A DNA stretch of 64,000 nucleotides. Source: an uncultured Thermodesulfobacteriota bacterium (lineage in GTDB: Bacteria; Desulfobacterota; GWC2-55-46; JADFVP01). Shown here in pieces: positions 35,257 through 45,017 of this stretch (the stretch's first letter is position 1; each line of letters starts with the position of its first letter). The DNA is taken from positions 342 to 64,341 of the forward strand of contig CAZMKZ010000004.1 of assembly GCA_964567185.1 (NCBI GenBank), read 5' to 3'. A program made the position numbers and the translations under genes. Under the pieces are notes generated by a model. It ran no database searches and was not told where the DNA came from. It worked only from the letters and a program-made list of their open reading frames with translations.

Positions 35257-35586
35257 CCAGACGCTTTTTTGCCGGCCCGATGAACCTGGGGATTATCTTT
35301 TTGACGGGCCGGCATCCTTTATGACCCCCGGTCTTTATGGCGGTAGGGCACGGAAAAATCTCCATGGCCCTGTGACCTTTTTTCAGACGGGGCGCTTTTG
35401 AAAGGCCCTGACGCGGTGTAATATTAACCCGGCTTCGTATCCGCTTCCTTCTTTAAAGCAAGGAGCCCGTAAAAGCCCATCCCCTCAAGCGCCTCTAAAG
35501 GCCTTCCATGAAAAACCCTTCTCCGAAGCATTCAAGCCCCATTGTATCCGTTGCCCCGCCGGAATCAGAGCAGATTCAGAAAAAAA

Positions 35587-35600
35587 TTTACTCTTACGGC
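35587..35600 (+). promoter_or_regulatory. Shared upstream motif TTTACTCTTACGGC (copy 2; TTTACT-17-TATTCT promoter-like)
   Basis: Same 14-mer as 34307-34320, about 40 nt upstream of the HD-GYP regulator start. Confidence 0.5.
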
Positions 35601-35636
35601 GGAATACTTTATTCTTAACGGCAGGAGGACGCGCCT

Positions 35637-36737
35637 GTGGAGATGAAAACAAAAGGTATTCCCGTTGCGATAAGCAATGCGAAAAAGACCCTCATACTCA
35701 TTGCCGATGACAACGTCTTCTTTCGAGAGGTATTCAGGGACCTTCTGAGTGAGATGGGCTATGATACCGTGACGGCAAAAGACGGGGCCGAGGCCGTCAA
35801 AAAGGCCTTCAGCCTTGAACCCGACCTTGTCATCACGGATGTAGTAATGCCCGAATTGAACGGCTTCGAGGTCACCAAAAGGCTCAAAAGCGACGCGCGC
35901 ACCATGTATACTCCTGTTATCATCGTCACCACCCTCACGGATAAGGAATCAAAGATAAAGGGCATTGATGCCGGGGCCGATGATTTTCTGAATAAGCCCG
36001 TTGACGAGACCGAGCTCTGCCTGCGCGTGAGGAACCTTCTTAAGGTAAAAAAGTACGAGCAATATCTAATCGAGCACGGCAAGGCCATTGAGGGAGAGAT
36101 AATTTCAAAGACACTGGCCCTTGAAGACGCCTACGAGCAGATAAAGAACAGCTACATGGATACGGTTTCCCGGCTCACCATTGCCGCCGAGTACAGGGAC
36201 AAGGAGACAGGGGCGCATATAAGAAGGATAAGCCTCCTTTCACGCCTGCTCGCGCAAAAGGCCGGCCTCTCCGAGGCAGAGGTAGAGTCTGTCTACAGGG
36301 CGAGCCCCATGCACGATGTGGGTAAAATCGGCATACCCGACAATATCCTCCTTAAACAGGGGCACTTTACGGTTGAGGAGTTCGCCGTAATGAAGACGCA
36401 TTGCAACATAGGGGCCAACATCCTCCATAACCCCGGTCCTGTTGTTCTCACGATGGCCATGGAAATAGCCCTCAACCACCACGAAAGATGGGACGGAAGC
36501 GGCTATCCGGGCGCGCGCAGCAAGACCGATATCCCCCTCAGCGCAAGGATAGTTCATATAGTGGACATGTACGACGCTATTCGGAGCAGGCGTCCCTATA
36601 AACCCGCCATTGACCATGAAAAGTCCCTCGCCATCATGGAAACGAGCGAGAGCCACGGCTTTGACCCGGAGCTGTACAGGGCATTTAGAGATTCGGCGGA
36701 AGAGTTTGAAAACATCTTCGATGCCAATCAGAAGTAA
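35637..36737 (+). CDS. Response regulator receiver fused to HD-GYP domain (c-di-GMP phosphodiesterase type)
   Basis: REC domain: ILIADDNVFFREV...DLVITDVVMPELNGFEV. HD-GYP domain: HDVGKIGIPD and HHERWDGSGYPG. Confidence 0.88.
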   Translation: MEMKTKGIPVAISNAKKTLILIADDNVFFREVFRDLLSEMGYDTVTAKDGAEAVKKAFSLEPDLVITDVVMPELNGFEVTKRLKSDARTMYTPVIIVTTLTDKESKIKGIDAGADDFLNKPVDETELCLRVRNLLKVKKYEQYLIEHGKAIEGEIISKTLALEDAYEQIKNSYMDTVSRLTIAAEYRDKETGAHIRRISLLSRLLAQKAGLSEAEVESVYRASPMHDVGKIGIPDNILLKQGHFTVEEFAVMKTHCNIGANILHNPGPVVLTMAMEIALNHHERWDGSGYPGARSKTDIPLSARIVHIVDMYDAIRSRRPYKPAIDHEKSLAIMETSESHGFDPELYRAFRDSAEEFENIFDANQK

Positions 36738-36826
36738 TGAGACCACTGAAAAGGGGAGGGGGAGTGGGGGAGGCCATATGGGAAATAAGAATAACATCAG
36801 GGCGGAGGGGGCCTGAAAATGACCCC

Positions 36827-37678
36827 TCAACGGGCAAGCAAGAGATAATCGGTGTCCCCGATTGTTACGTCACGTCTATCGAACTCTCCAACGACCTCGG
36901 GCAGTATGACGATATTTTCAAGCCGCGCGGCGGCGCGCACCTTTCTCGGTATGCCCCTTTTCCATGCGTGTCCGCTTCCGGCAAGGGCCACCATGACGCG
37001 TCTGGGGTTGGCCACAAGATAATCCACTATCCTCGCGGCCATGAAGGAATCCCAGGACATCTGCACCCTGCAGAAATTCTGATACTCCGACTCCTTCTTA
37101 TGCGCGTGCTGACCCATGGCGTCGCGTATCATCTTTTCATACTCCATATCAACGTCACAGGTGATATCGCCGAGCATGCCCCGTTCCTCGGGCGTAAGTC
37201 CCTTGAGACCGCCGGTAAATATCTTATGCGTTATCTTCTTCGGGAGGTTAAGTCCAACGAGGGGTATCTTGTGTTTGCGGGCGTATATGAATATGCCGCG
37301 GTACTTGTACCATGAGATGTTCCAGTTTTTGTAATAGGCCTTTCTGAAGGCCCTCTCCGTCATCTCTCCGGCTATCCAGCGGTCAAGGACGGGCTGGTTC
37401 TCGGCGGTGAACATCTCAAGGCCTATGGCGAGCTTTACTCCCGCGGCGTCAAGGGCCTTTATTACAGCCAGCTGCATCCTGTGGTGGCCGAGACGCCTGT
37501 GAAACTCGCCTACAAAGATGAGCCGCACGTCCCGCAGGTCGCTCTCCATCTCCTCCACGGAGATTTCGCTTTTGTCGTGCAGCCTCAAGGCCTTCTGGGC
37601 CACGCAACCGCCTGTAAAGACAAGGGCGAAGATAAGGAGGACCTGCGCCACGGCACGGGTAGTAAAGTGCTTCGTCAT
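36827..37678 (-). CDS. ChaN-family (haem-binding/Tiki-like) lipoprotein
   Basis: Lipobox LVFTGGC. LIFVGEFHRRLGHH...GLEMF...LAGSGHAWKRGIP matches the ChaN pattern. ATG at 37678 lies 1 nt after the citrate synthase stop; the upstream part of the track ORF lies inside gltA. Confidence 0.7.
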   Translation of the reverse strand: MTKHFTTRAVAQVLLIFALVFTGGCVAQKALRLHDKSEISVEEMESDLRDVRLIFVGEFHRRLGHHRMQLAVIKALDAAGVKLAIGLEMFTAENQPVLDRWIAGEMTERAFRKAYYKNWNISWYKYRGIFIYARKHKIPLVGLNLPKKITHKIFTGGLKGLTPEERGMLGDITCDVDMEYEKMIRDAMGQHAHKKESEYQNFCRVQMSWDSFMAARIVDYLVANPRRVMVALAGSGHAWKRGIPRKVRAAARLENIVILPEVVGEFDRRDVTIGDTDYLLLAR

Positions 37679-37679
37679 A

Positions 37680-38858
37680 TCAGGCGCCGCTCTCTTTCGG
37701 GGCAACGCCGCGTTCGTCCATGGGGATATAATGCCTTGCACGAAGCCCCGTATACCTCTGCACGGGACGGTATATGCGGTTGGTTTTGAGCTGTTCCATC
37801 CAGTGCGCCAGCCAGCCTGCGACCCTGCCCATGGCGAATATAGGCGTAAATAACTCCGCCTCAATGCCAAGGGCCTTGAATACCACGCCTGAATAAAAAT
37901 CGATATTGGGCCAGAGCCCTTTAGGGCCCAGACGCTCTGCCACGGCCCGCTCCACTGCCTCTGATATCTCCACGGCAAGGGGGTCTACAGAGCCCTCATG
38001 GTCCCGGAGCTCCTTCATATAGGTCTTCAGTATCGTACCCCTGGGGTCCGCGGTCTTGTATACCCTGTGCCCTATGCCCATTATCTTTTCTTTTTTGGCC
38101 ACCATCTCCTCTACATAGGGGACGGCCCTCTCCACCGAGCCTATCTCCTCTATCATATGCAGGACCTTCTCGTTGGCCCCGCCGTGCAACGGCCCCGAGA
38201 GCGTGCCTATGGCCGAGGATACTATGGTGTAGGGGTCGGCCAAAGTGGAGCCCACCACACGGGCGCTGAAGGTGGAGGCGTTCATGGTATGGTCGGCGTG
38301 AAGGATAAGTATGACGTCAAGGACCTTTTCCACAAATGGAGTGGGTTCGCGCTCGAAGAGCATATAATAAAAATTAGCGGCAAAGCTCAAGTCGTTTCGC
38401 GGGGCGATGGGCGCGTCGCCCCGCCTCATCCTGTGACAGGCCGCAACTATGGTGGGCATCTTGGCCACAAGGCGCACCGCGGACCAGTAACGCATATCCG
38501 GGTCCAGGGTATCCCTTGCCGGGTAGTACATGCCCATGGCCGAGACCACGGACTGAAGAAAATCCATGGGGTGCCCTGTCTCGGGCAGAGACTCCATCAT
38601 CCTCAATATCTTATATTTGAGCCGTGTATGAAAGGTAATATGGTCCCTGAAGGAAGCAAGCTCTTCACTTGAGGGCAGGTCTCCGAAGATGAGCATATAT
38701 GCGGTTTCGAGAAAAGTGCTTTTTTCGGCGAGTTCCTCAATGCGTATGCCGCGGTACTCAAGGATACCGGCCTCGCCGTCGATAAAACTTATGGCCGAGT
38801 TTGCCGCGGGTATGCCCTCAAGGCCCGGCACAACATCCATCTCCCTCTCTTCCATCAT
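37680..38858 (-). CDS. gltA: Citrate synthase
   Basis: GIGHRVYKTADPR signature, GPLHGGANE, and N-terminal GLEGIPAANSAISFIDGEAGILEYRG. Confidence 0.9.
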   Translation of the reverse strand: MMEEREMDVVPGLEGIPAANSAISFIDGEAGILEYRGIRIEELAEKSTFLETAYMLIFGDLPSSEELASFRDHITFHTRLKYKILRMMESLPETGHPMDFLQSVVSAMGMYYPARDTLDPDMRYWSAVRLVAKMPTIVAACHRMRRGDAPIAPRNDLSFAANFYYMLFEREPTPFVEKVLDVILILHADHTMNASTFSARVVGSTLADPYTIVSSAIGTLSGPLHGGANEKVLHMIEEIGSVERAVPYVEEMVAKKEKIMGIGHRVYKTADPRGTILKTYMKELRDHEGSVDPLAVEISEAVERAVAERLGPKGLWPNIDFYSGVVFKALGIEAELFTPIFAMGRVAGWLAHWMEQLKTNRIYRPVQRYTGLRARHYIPMDERGVAPKESGA

Positions 38859-38946
38859 GGACCTCCGTCTTTTTTGTATAGAGGCGCACTGCCCTGGCGC
38901 ACTGCGCGCCCGTCCGCCTTTTTGCTCATTTTTGAAAATCAGGCGT

Positions 38947-39615
38947 CTATTCGTTCCGCAACCCTGCCGGGACCCCGTGGGTTAATGTCTTCAGCCTTTT
39001 TGTGGGGATGATGCCCTCTTTATACGCATCGCTCAAGACAAACCACTCTCTGAACTGCCGCAGGGCCTTGCCCCGGTGGCTTATGGCGTTTTTATCCTCC
39101 ATGGAAAGCCCGGCGGCGGTAACGCCCTTTTCGGGTATGAAAAAGACCGGGTCATAACCAAAGCCCCCCTCTCCCGAGGGCTCAAGGGTTATAACTCCCT
39201 CAAGGGTTCCGCTGAAGGTCTTCTCCACTCCCCCGGGCTCAACGTAGGCAAGGGCGCAGACAAAACGCGCCGTCCTCTTTTTATCGTCAATGCCCCTCAT
39301 CTCATTAAGCAGTTTATCGATATTATCCCTGTCCGTGGCCCCGGGGCCCGCGTACCTTGCAGAATAGACGCCGGGCCGCCCCCCGAGCGCGTCCACAACA
39401 AGGCCGGAGTCGTCGGCAACGGCTGGCAGACCTGAAAAACCCGAGGCAAAGCGGGCCTTGGCAAGGGCGTTTTCAGTAAAGGTATCTCCATCTTCAGGGG
39501 GCAGTTCAAGGCCGGGATAATCGCCGAGGGAGACCACCGCCACGCCGAGCCCTGAAGTGAGCCCGCTGAATTCCCTCAGCTTATTTTTATTGCCTGTGGC
39601 AAAAAGTATTTTCAT
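38947..39615 (-). CDS. rdgB: Non-canonical purine NTP pyrophosphatase (RdgB/HAM1)
   Basis: MKILFATGNKNKLREF ... GFGYDPVFF ... AISHRGKAL. Confidence 0.88.
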   Translation of the reverse strand: MKILFATGNKNKLREFSGLTSGLGVAVVSLGDYPGLELPPEDGDTFTENALAKARFASGFSGLPAVADDSGLVVDALGGRPGVYSARYAGPGATDRDNIDKLLNEMRGIDDKKRTARFVCALAYVEPGGVEKTFSGTLEGVITLEPSGEGGFGYDPVFFIPEKGVTAAGLSMEDKNAISHRGKALRQFREWFVLSDAYKEGIIPTKRLKTLTHGVPAGLRNE

Positions 39616-39695
39616 GGCCGCTCCCGTTGCCCTGTGGTAATAAAAAACAAGGGACCTGTAAAGAAGAGTATATCAGAAAACGAGAGAACCGGCGG

Positions 39696-40460
39696 CTATG
39701 CCGTTGCGTCCTTCTGCATCTCTACAAGCCTGGCAATACCCTTTTCCGCAAGCCCCAGAAGGGCGTTCATCTCTTGCCTTGAGAAGGTATTATTTTCCGC
39801 CGTGCCCTGAACCTCAACGAACCTGCCGTTGCCCGTCATGATGACGTTCATATCCACATCAGCCGTTGAGTCCTCTTCATATGTCAGGTCGAGCATGGGC
39901 CGGCCGCCCACGATGCCCACGCTTACGGCGGCGATAGGCTCGATGATAGGCGTCCTGTCTATTATTCCCATGTCCATGGAGAACCTCATGGTATCGAGCA
40001 GGGCGATATAGGCCCCTGTGATGGAGGCTGTCCTTGTGCCTCCGTCGGCCTGCAGGACATCGCAGTCTATTATTACGGTCCTCTCTCCAAGGGCCTCAAG
40101 GTCGCAGACAGCGCGAAGGCTCCTGCCTATGAGACGCTGTATCTCATGCGTCCTGCCGCCGATACGTCCCATGGCCGACTCTCTTCTCACGCGCATCCTG
40201 CTCGAACGGGGGAGCATGGCGTATTCCGCCGTAAGCCACCCCCTGCCCGAGCCCTGCAGAAAGGCGGGGACCCTGTCCTCCAGCGTCGCCGTGCAGAGTA
40301 CCTTTGTAAGGCCCGTCTCTATGAGCGCGGAGCCGTCGGCCGTATCAAGAAGCCCCCTTGTTATCTTCACGGGCCGCAATTCGTCAAAGCCCCTTCCGTT
40401 ATTTCTCTTTTTAGTTTCTGAAACCAACTTTTTCCACCCCTCTGCCTGTCCTGTTTTCAA
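39696..40460 (-). CDS. rph: Ribonuclease PH
   Basis: [15 protein letters not shown]...GSALIETG...[17 protein letters not shown]. Both candidate starts are TTG (40460 and 40427) and overlap the amidase gene end. Confidence 0.88.
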   Translation of the reverse strand: MKTGQAEGWKKLVSETKKRNNGRGFDELRPVKITRGLLDTADGSALIETGLTKVLCTATLEDRVPAFLQGSGRGWLTAEYAMLPRSSRMRVRRESAMGRIGGRTHEIQRLIGRSLRAVCDLEALGERTVIIDCDVLQADGGTRTASITGAYIALLDTMRFSMDMGIIDRTPIIEPIAAVSVGIVGGRPMLDLTYEEDSTADVDMNVIMTGNGRFVEVQGTAENNTFSRQEMNALLGLAEKGIARLVEMQKDATA

Positions 40461-41250
40461 AGTCCGCTATGCCAAGGGCAATGGACCTTGCCGCGTCGGC
40501 CATTCCCCTCGTTGATGAGAGCCACCTTATATCGGCCTTGTTGGATATGAAGCCCAGCTCTACGAGCACGGCGGGCATCACCGCGCCGTCGAGCACGGCA
40601 AAGGGGGCCTGTTTTACACCCCGGTCACCCCTGCCCGTAAATTTTATTATGCTCGTATGTATGGATTCGGCAAGCGTGGAGCTCTCGTGGTGCGCCGCCG
40701 TCTCCACAAGGTCTAATAGTGTTGTCTTGAGGTCATTGTTAAAGGCGTAGTCAATGCCGGTTTTTGAGGCGTTAAAGCCGTTTTCCACGGCCGCAAGCCT
40801 TACGGCCTCCTCGTCTGTTGCGTCGTAGCTCAGAAAAAAAGTCTCAACACCCCTGACGCGAGTGCTTTTCGCGGCGTTTACATGGATGCTGATAAAGAGG
40901 TTGGCCCCCAGCGAATTTGCCAGCTCCGTCCTCTTGTCAAGGGGGATAAAGGTATCGTCTGTCCTTGTGAGGGTCACCATGAAGCCGTACTTGTCCTTGA
41001 GAAGACCGGCGAGCCTTTTTGCCACCTTTAGTGTCAGGTCTTTTTCTTTCACGCCGCCCGGCCCTATGGCGCCCCTGTCAATGCCGCCGTGGCCCGGGTC
41101 TATGACCACAAGCCCCATGGGGCTGTCAGTAGCCCCTGCCGGGAGGGCCATAAGAAAAAACAAAGACAGGGCAAATGATATAAGAAAAAATCTTTTAAGA
41201 CTAACAGGTCTCACCCGCAACCTCCGGTACAAAGGAATAAAGGCGGTCAT
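40411..41250 (-). CDS. N-acetylmuramoyl-L-alanine amidase (Amidase_3)
   Basis: [27 protein letters not shown] ... LFISIHVNA ... [21 protein letters not shown]. Signal peptide present. ATG at 41250. Confidence 0.85.
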   Translation of the reverse strand: MTAFIPLYRRLRVRPVSLKRFFLISFALSLFFLMALPAGATDSPMGLVVIDPGHGGIDRGAIGPGGVKEKDLTLKVAKRLAGLLKDKYGFMVTLTRTDDTFIPLDKRTELANSLGANLFISIHVNAAKSTRVRGVETFFLSYDATDEEAVRLAAVENGFNASKTGIDYAFNNDLKTTLLDLVETAAHHESSTLAESIHTSIIKFTGRGDRGVKQAPFAVLDGAVMPAVLVELGFISNKADIRWLSSTRGMADAARSIALGIADFENRTGRGVEKVGFRN

Positions 41251-41298
41251 AATCAGCAAAAAATTCAGTGTAAACGCCAGATATTATCTTAATTTATA

Positions 41299-41327
41299 AT
41301 TTTAAATCCGGCCCTTGAATAAGTCAA
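41299..41327 (-). promoter_or_regulatory. Candidate promoter TTGACT-17-TAAAAT for amidase-rph-rdgB
   Basis: Minus strand has TTGACT (41327-41322), a 17-nt spacer and TAAAAT (41304-41299), in an A+T-rich spacer. Confidence 0.45.
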
Positions 41328-41413
41328 CCTTTATAAGCGCCTTATGGCGCGGCCGGGATAATCATATATGGAATGGAGGCGGGGATATGAAAGATGCGGG
41401 TGCAAGGTGCAGT

Positions 41414-41455
41414 ACAAAAAAACAGGGGCCGACAAGAAACCTTGCCTGCCCCTGT
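41414..41455 (-). terminator. Intrinsic terminator of the SBBP-repeat gene
   Basis: Minus-strand RNA reads ACAGGGGC-(18-nt loop)-GCCCCUGU followed by UUUUUUU. Starts about 30 nt after the stop at 41484. Confidence 0.7.
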
Positions 41456-41483
41456 ACTGTTTTTATCTTTCTGCTTTATCCTG

Positions 41484-44084
41484 CTACTTTTTTCTGAAGC
41501 CGTTCTCAATGAGGCGCCACGAGCGGTGAGGTCTTTTCAGTGGCGCGACGATACCCACGACATCGAAGTTAACGTGTGCCTCACTTACCGTTATAAACGG
41601 AAATGCGCCGAGAAAGGAGTTGAAGGTATATGCCCCTATGGGCGCGCTCGCGGGCACGCTGTGGGTAAGGTGAAGGGTTTGCGAGGCCCCGGCCTTAAGA
41701 CATAGACGGGGAATGGGTGTTATGAGCGAACCAACCAGGGGGAAGAGACCGCCGCCCGGCAGGCTTGCGTTCTCCCAGTAGTTGAAACACTGCATTGTGC
41801 CCGTAGTGTTGGTAGCAGTCACGTTATATCCAAGGCTTGTGCCCGCTACCACGGAGGTGTTGTCAGGGGAAATTAGCAGGGCGACAACGGGTAAGGCGGT
41901 GTCGCTGATCCTGGTGATAAAGGCGTCGGCAAAACCGCCTCCGCCCGCCAGAGTGCCCTGTATGGGGTTCATAACAGGGAAGTCCGTGGAACTCGTCCCA
42001 CCCGTCAGATAGGCCTCACCGGCGCTGTCAACGGTTATGCCAAGGCCCATATCGTCACCGAGGCCGCCAAGGTAGGTGGAATAGACGTAAGCGGAACCAC
42101 CGGGGTTTATCTTTGTTGCAAAGGCGTCATCAAGCCCCCCGCCAAAGGCCCCCTGTATGGGAGTTACAATGGGAAAGTCCGTGGATGCGGTCTCGCCTGT
42201 GACATTGGCAGACCCAATGCTGTCAACGGCGATGCTTCTACCAAAATCAGAGGCGCTGCCCCCGAGGTAGGTGGAATAGATAACAGCCGAGCCGGTGGCG
42301 TTTATCTTCGATACGAAGGCGTCTCTCAACCCCCCTCCAAAGGTCCCCTGTATGGGGCTTACGAGGGGGAAGTTCGTGGATGCGGTATCACCTGTCACAT
42401 ATACTGAACCGGCTCCGTCACGGGCTATGCCAAAGCCGATATCATTTCCGCTGCCGCCGAGGTATGTGGAGTAGGCATAGGCCGTGCCGGCGGGGTTCAG
42501 CCCGGTGATAAAGGCGTCTATCCCGCCTCCATTTGCTCCCTGTATGGGGCTTACGACGGGAAAGTTAAGAGAAGAGGTCTCTCCCGTAACATAGGCGGCC
42601 CCTGTGCTGTCAACGGTTATGTCGTGGCCAAGGTCACTGGCGGCGCCGCCCAGATAGGTGGAATAGCTAAAGGCCGAGCCCGTAGCGTTTATCTTTGTGA
42701 CAAAGGCGTCCCAGCTTCCTCCAATGGTCCCCTGTATGGGGCTTACGACGGGAAAGTTGGTGGAAAAGGTAGACCCCGTAACATAAGCCGCGCCTGTGTT
42801 GTCAAGGGCTATGCCGGTGCCCCAATCATCATCGAGGCCGCCGAGGTAGGTGGAATATACAAGGGCCGAGCCCGCCGCGTTTATTTTCGTTGCAAAGGCA
42901 TCCGAAACCCCTCCTCCATTGGTCCCCTGTATGGCGCCGACAAGGGGGAAGTTCAATGAGGCGGTCTGTCCCGTAACATAGGCCGCGCCGGTGCTGTCAA
43001 CGGTTATGGCAGTGCCGATATCACTTAAGCCGCCGCCCAGGTAGGTGGAATATACAATAGCCGTACCAGCGGGGTTTATCTTGCTTACAAAGGCGTCATC
43101 AGCGCCGCCTCCAAATGTCCCCTGTACGGGGGTATTGAGGGGAAAGTCCGTTGAGAGGGCATCTCCCGTAACATAGGACGCGCCTGATGAGTCAACGGCA
43201 ATGTCCCAGCCAAAATCAAGGTTACTGCCCCCGAGGTATGTGGAGTATACAAGCACAGGGTCGATAACGAGGTCTTTTGTCTTGTCGTAAGAGGCCACCT
43301 TGAAGCCGTAGGTAAAGGACTTGTCGCTGGCTTTCAAAATCCTGTAACTGCCATCCACGGCCACCCTCTTGCCCTTGACCTCCTGATAGATAACGGGCCT
43401 CTTCTCAATGAGCCTGCCTTCTTCGAGGCTCACTTCAAGGTCGCCGGCCTTGTTTACCTTCAGCCCCTTAACACCCTCATAGGCAAACCTGACCAGCGAC
43501 GGGTCACCGCCGGGACGTACAATGACGTCGTGCTCGATGTTCCTGTTATTACCGTAAAATTTTATGTCTATATTATTGTAGAGGTCTTTGTATGTAACGG
43601 CCCCGTAGGTGGGTATGTTGCTCCTCCACTTTGTCTTGTCGTTACCTGTAAAGTAGTTTACATGGCTGGTTTTCTTTTCGCCGGCGGTTATCTGCGCACT
43701 GTCATTCGCCCCCACGAAGGAAAGCCTTACGGCCTCGGTGGTGAATGTTTTATCCTTAAGGCCCTTAAGAGAGTCACGATGAAGGACCTTATCCGTAGCG
43801 CCATGGCTTTTGGTAAGCACAAGGACTACGCCGTCACCGGTAAAAAAGGTGACATGCCCGGCGCCCCTCTCAAAGAAGCTTACGCTCTTGTCCGTCTGTC
43901 CCCTGTTCTCGATAAAATAAAGGGGCAACGTACCGTAGGTATCTATGATACCGGCCCTCCGGGCCTCTGTAAGGCCGGTTTTTTCATGATTTTGGGAAGT
44001 GGGGTTTATCTCTCCATCCGCCGCAAAGCTTGTAAAGGGCAAAAGAATCAGGACCTGCAAGAGCAGTAAGATGAATAACCTCAT
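41484..44084 (-). CDS. Large secreted SBBP (beta-propeller) repeat protein
   Basis: Signal peptide MRLFILLLLQVLILLPFTSFA after an AAGGAGAG Shine-Dalgarno (ATG at 44084). Seven units containing YSTYLGG...D.G..I.VDS.G.AYVTG.T.S..FP...PIQG..GGG.DAF..KIN..G. Confidence 0.8.
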   Translation of the reverse strand: MRLFILLLLQVLILLPFTSFAADGEINPTSQNHEKTGLTEARRAGIIDTYGTLPLYFIENRGQTDKSVSFFERGAGHVTFFTGDGVVLVLTKSHGATDKVLHRDSLKGLKDKTFTTEAVRLSFVGANDSAQITAGEKKTSHVNYFTGNDKTKWRSNIPTYGAVTYKDLYNNIDIKFYGNNRNIEHDVIVRPGGDPSLVRFAYEGVKGLKVNKAGDLEVSLEEGRLIEKRPVIYQEVKGKRVAVDGSYRILKASDKSFTYGFKVASYDKTKDLVIDPVLVYSTYLGGSNLDFGWDIAVDSSGASYVTGDALSTDFPLNTPVQGTFGGGADDAFVSKINPAGTAIVYSTYLGGGLSDIGTAITVDSTGAAYVTGQTASLNFPLVGAIQGTNGGGVSDAFATKINAAGSALVYSTYLGGLDDDWGTGIALDNTGAAYVTGSTFSTNFPVVSPIQGTIGGSWDAFVTKINATGSAFSYSTYLGGAASDLGHDITVDSTGAAYVTGETSSLNFPVVSPIQGANGGGIDAFITGLNPAGTAYAYSTYLGGSGNDIGFGIARDGAGSVYVTGDTASTNFPLVSPIQGTFGGGLRDAFVSKINATGSAVIYSTYLGGSASDFGRSIAVDSIGSANVTGETASTDFPIVTPIQGAFGGGLDDAFATKINPGGSAYVYSTYLGGLGDDMGLGITVDSAGEAYLTGGTSSTDFPVMNPIQGTLAGGGGFADAFITRISDTALPVVALLISPDNTSVVAGTSLGYNVTATNTTGTMQCFNYWENASLPGGGLFPLVGSLITPIPRLCLKAGASQTLHLTHSVPASAPIGAYTFNSFLGAFPFITVSEAHVNFDVVGIVAPLKRPHRSWRLIENGFRKK

Positions 44085-44267
44085 GATGAGTCTCTCCTTG
44101 TCTTGATGTTTGCCAAAAGCCCGCCCCCCCTCCATTAGAAAGTAAAAAGGTGCGGCAAATTTGAATTTGCTGAAATTACCACCTTTTATAGCATGCCCTG
44201 CGATATAGTGTCAATCCCCCGAAAGAGGGGTTTTGCCTTTACATCCTGCTCGGGCCGCTAAAAAGCG

Positions 44268-44296
44268 TTGACATGGCTTTTTTAATCTTATAGCAT
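44268..44296 (+). promoter_or_regulatory. Candidate promoter TTGACA-17-TAGCAT upstream of nadD
   Basis: TTGACA at 44268-44273 and TAGCAT at 44291-44296. Confidence 0.35.
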
Positions 44297-44333
44297 ATAT
44301 AAGTAGTTATTTTATTTAAGGAGTTTACCCTTT

Positions 44334-44996
44334 TTGAAAAAGATTGCCTTATTCGGCGGCACCTTCAACCCCGTTCATTACGGACACCTGAGGCTTGCCG
44401 AAGAGGTCCGCGAGGGTCTTGAGTTCGAAAAAGTGGTATTTGTCCCCGCCGCCATCCCCCCGCACAAGGGCGGATCGGATACCATCGCGGCGGAAAAACG
44501 CCTTGAGATGACAGGGCTCGCCATCAAGGGAAACCCCGGCTTCGAGGTCTCAGACATTGAGGTCAGGCGCGGCGGGCCGTCCTATACGGTGGAGACATTG
44601 AGGAAATTCCACGCGGATGGTCACGGAGGCGATAAAGACATATCCATAAGCCTTATAATAGGGGCCGATTCCTTTAATGACATAACCACATGGTGCGAGT
44701 ACGAGGAGATATTAACACTGGCGAGCCTCATCGTAGTGGAAAGGCCCCATACGCCCGTCAAAAAGATAGCCGAGGTACTGCCCGAGTCTATTGCGAGAAA
44801 GTTCCGCTATGATAGCGAGACAGAGGCATACATAAGCGGCTACAAGACATCCATTACATACCTTAGCGCCACGCTCATGGCCATATCCTCCTCGGAGATA
44901 AGGCAGAGGGTGATGGAGGGGCTCTCCATAAGGTATCTCTTGCCCCCCGCGGTGGCCAGGTATATAATAGACAACAACCTTTATGTTCAACCTTAA
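44334..44996 (+). CDS. nadD: Nicotinate-nucleotide adenylyltransferase
   Basis: KKIALFGGTFNPVHYGHL ... ISSSEIR. TTG start 10 nt after AAGGAG. Confidence 0.88.
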   Translation: MKKIALFGGTFNPVHYGHLRLAEEVREGLEFEKVVFVPAAIPPHKGGSDTIAAEKRLEMTGLAIKGNPGFEVSDIEVRRGGPSYTVETLRKFHADGHGGDKDISISLIIGADSFNDITTWCEYEEILTLASLIVVERPHTPVKKIAEVLPESIARKFRYDSETEAYISGYKTSITYLSATLMAISSSEIRQRVMEGLSIRYLLPPAVARYIIDNNLYVQP

Positions 44997-45017
44997 TCCG
45001 AAAGAGAGGGCAATACA

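Noticed and set aside
41975-43260. Highly periodic DNA inside the SBBP gene, considered as a CRISPR-like array or DGR variable region
   Set aside because: The periodicity is in frame, about 180 nt, and encodes a protein repeat. No short identical repeats with unique spacers, no reverse transcriptase and no template repeat are present in the window.
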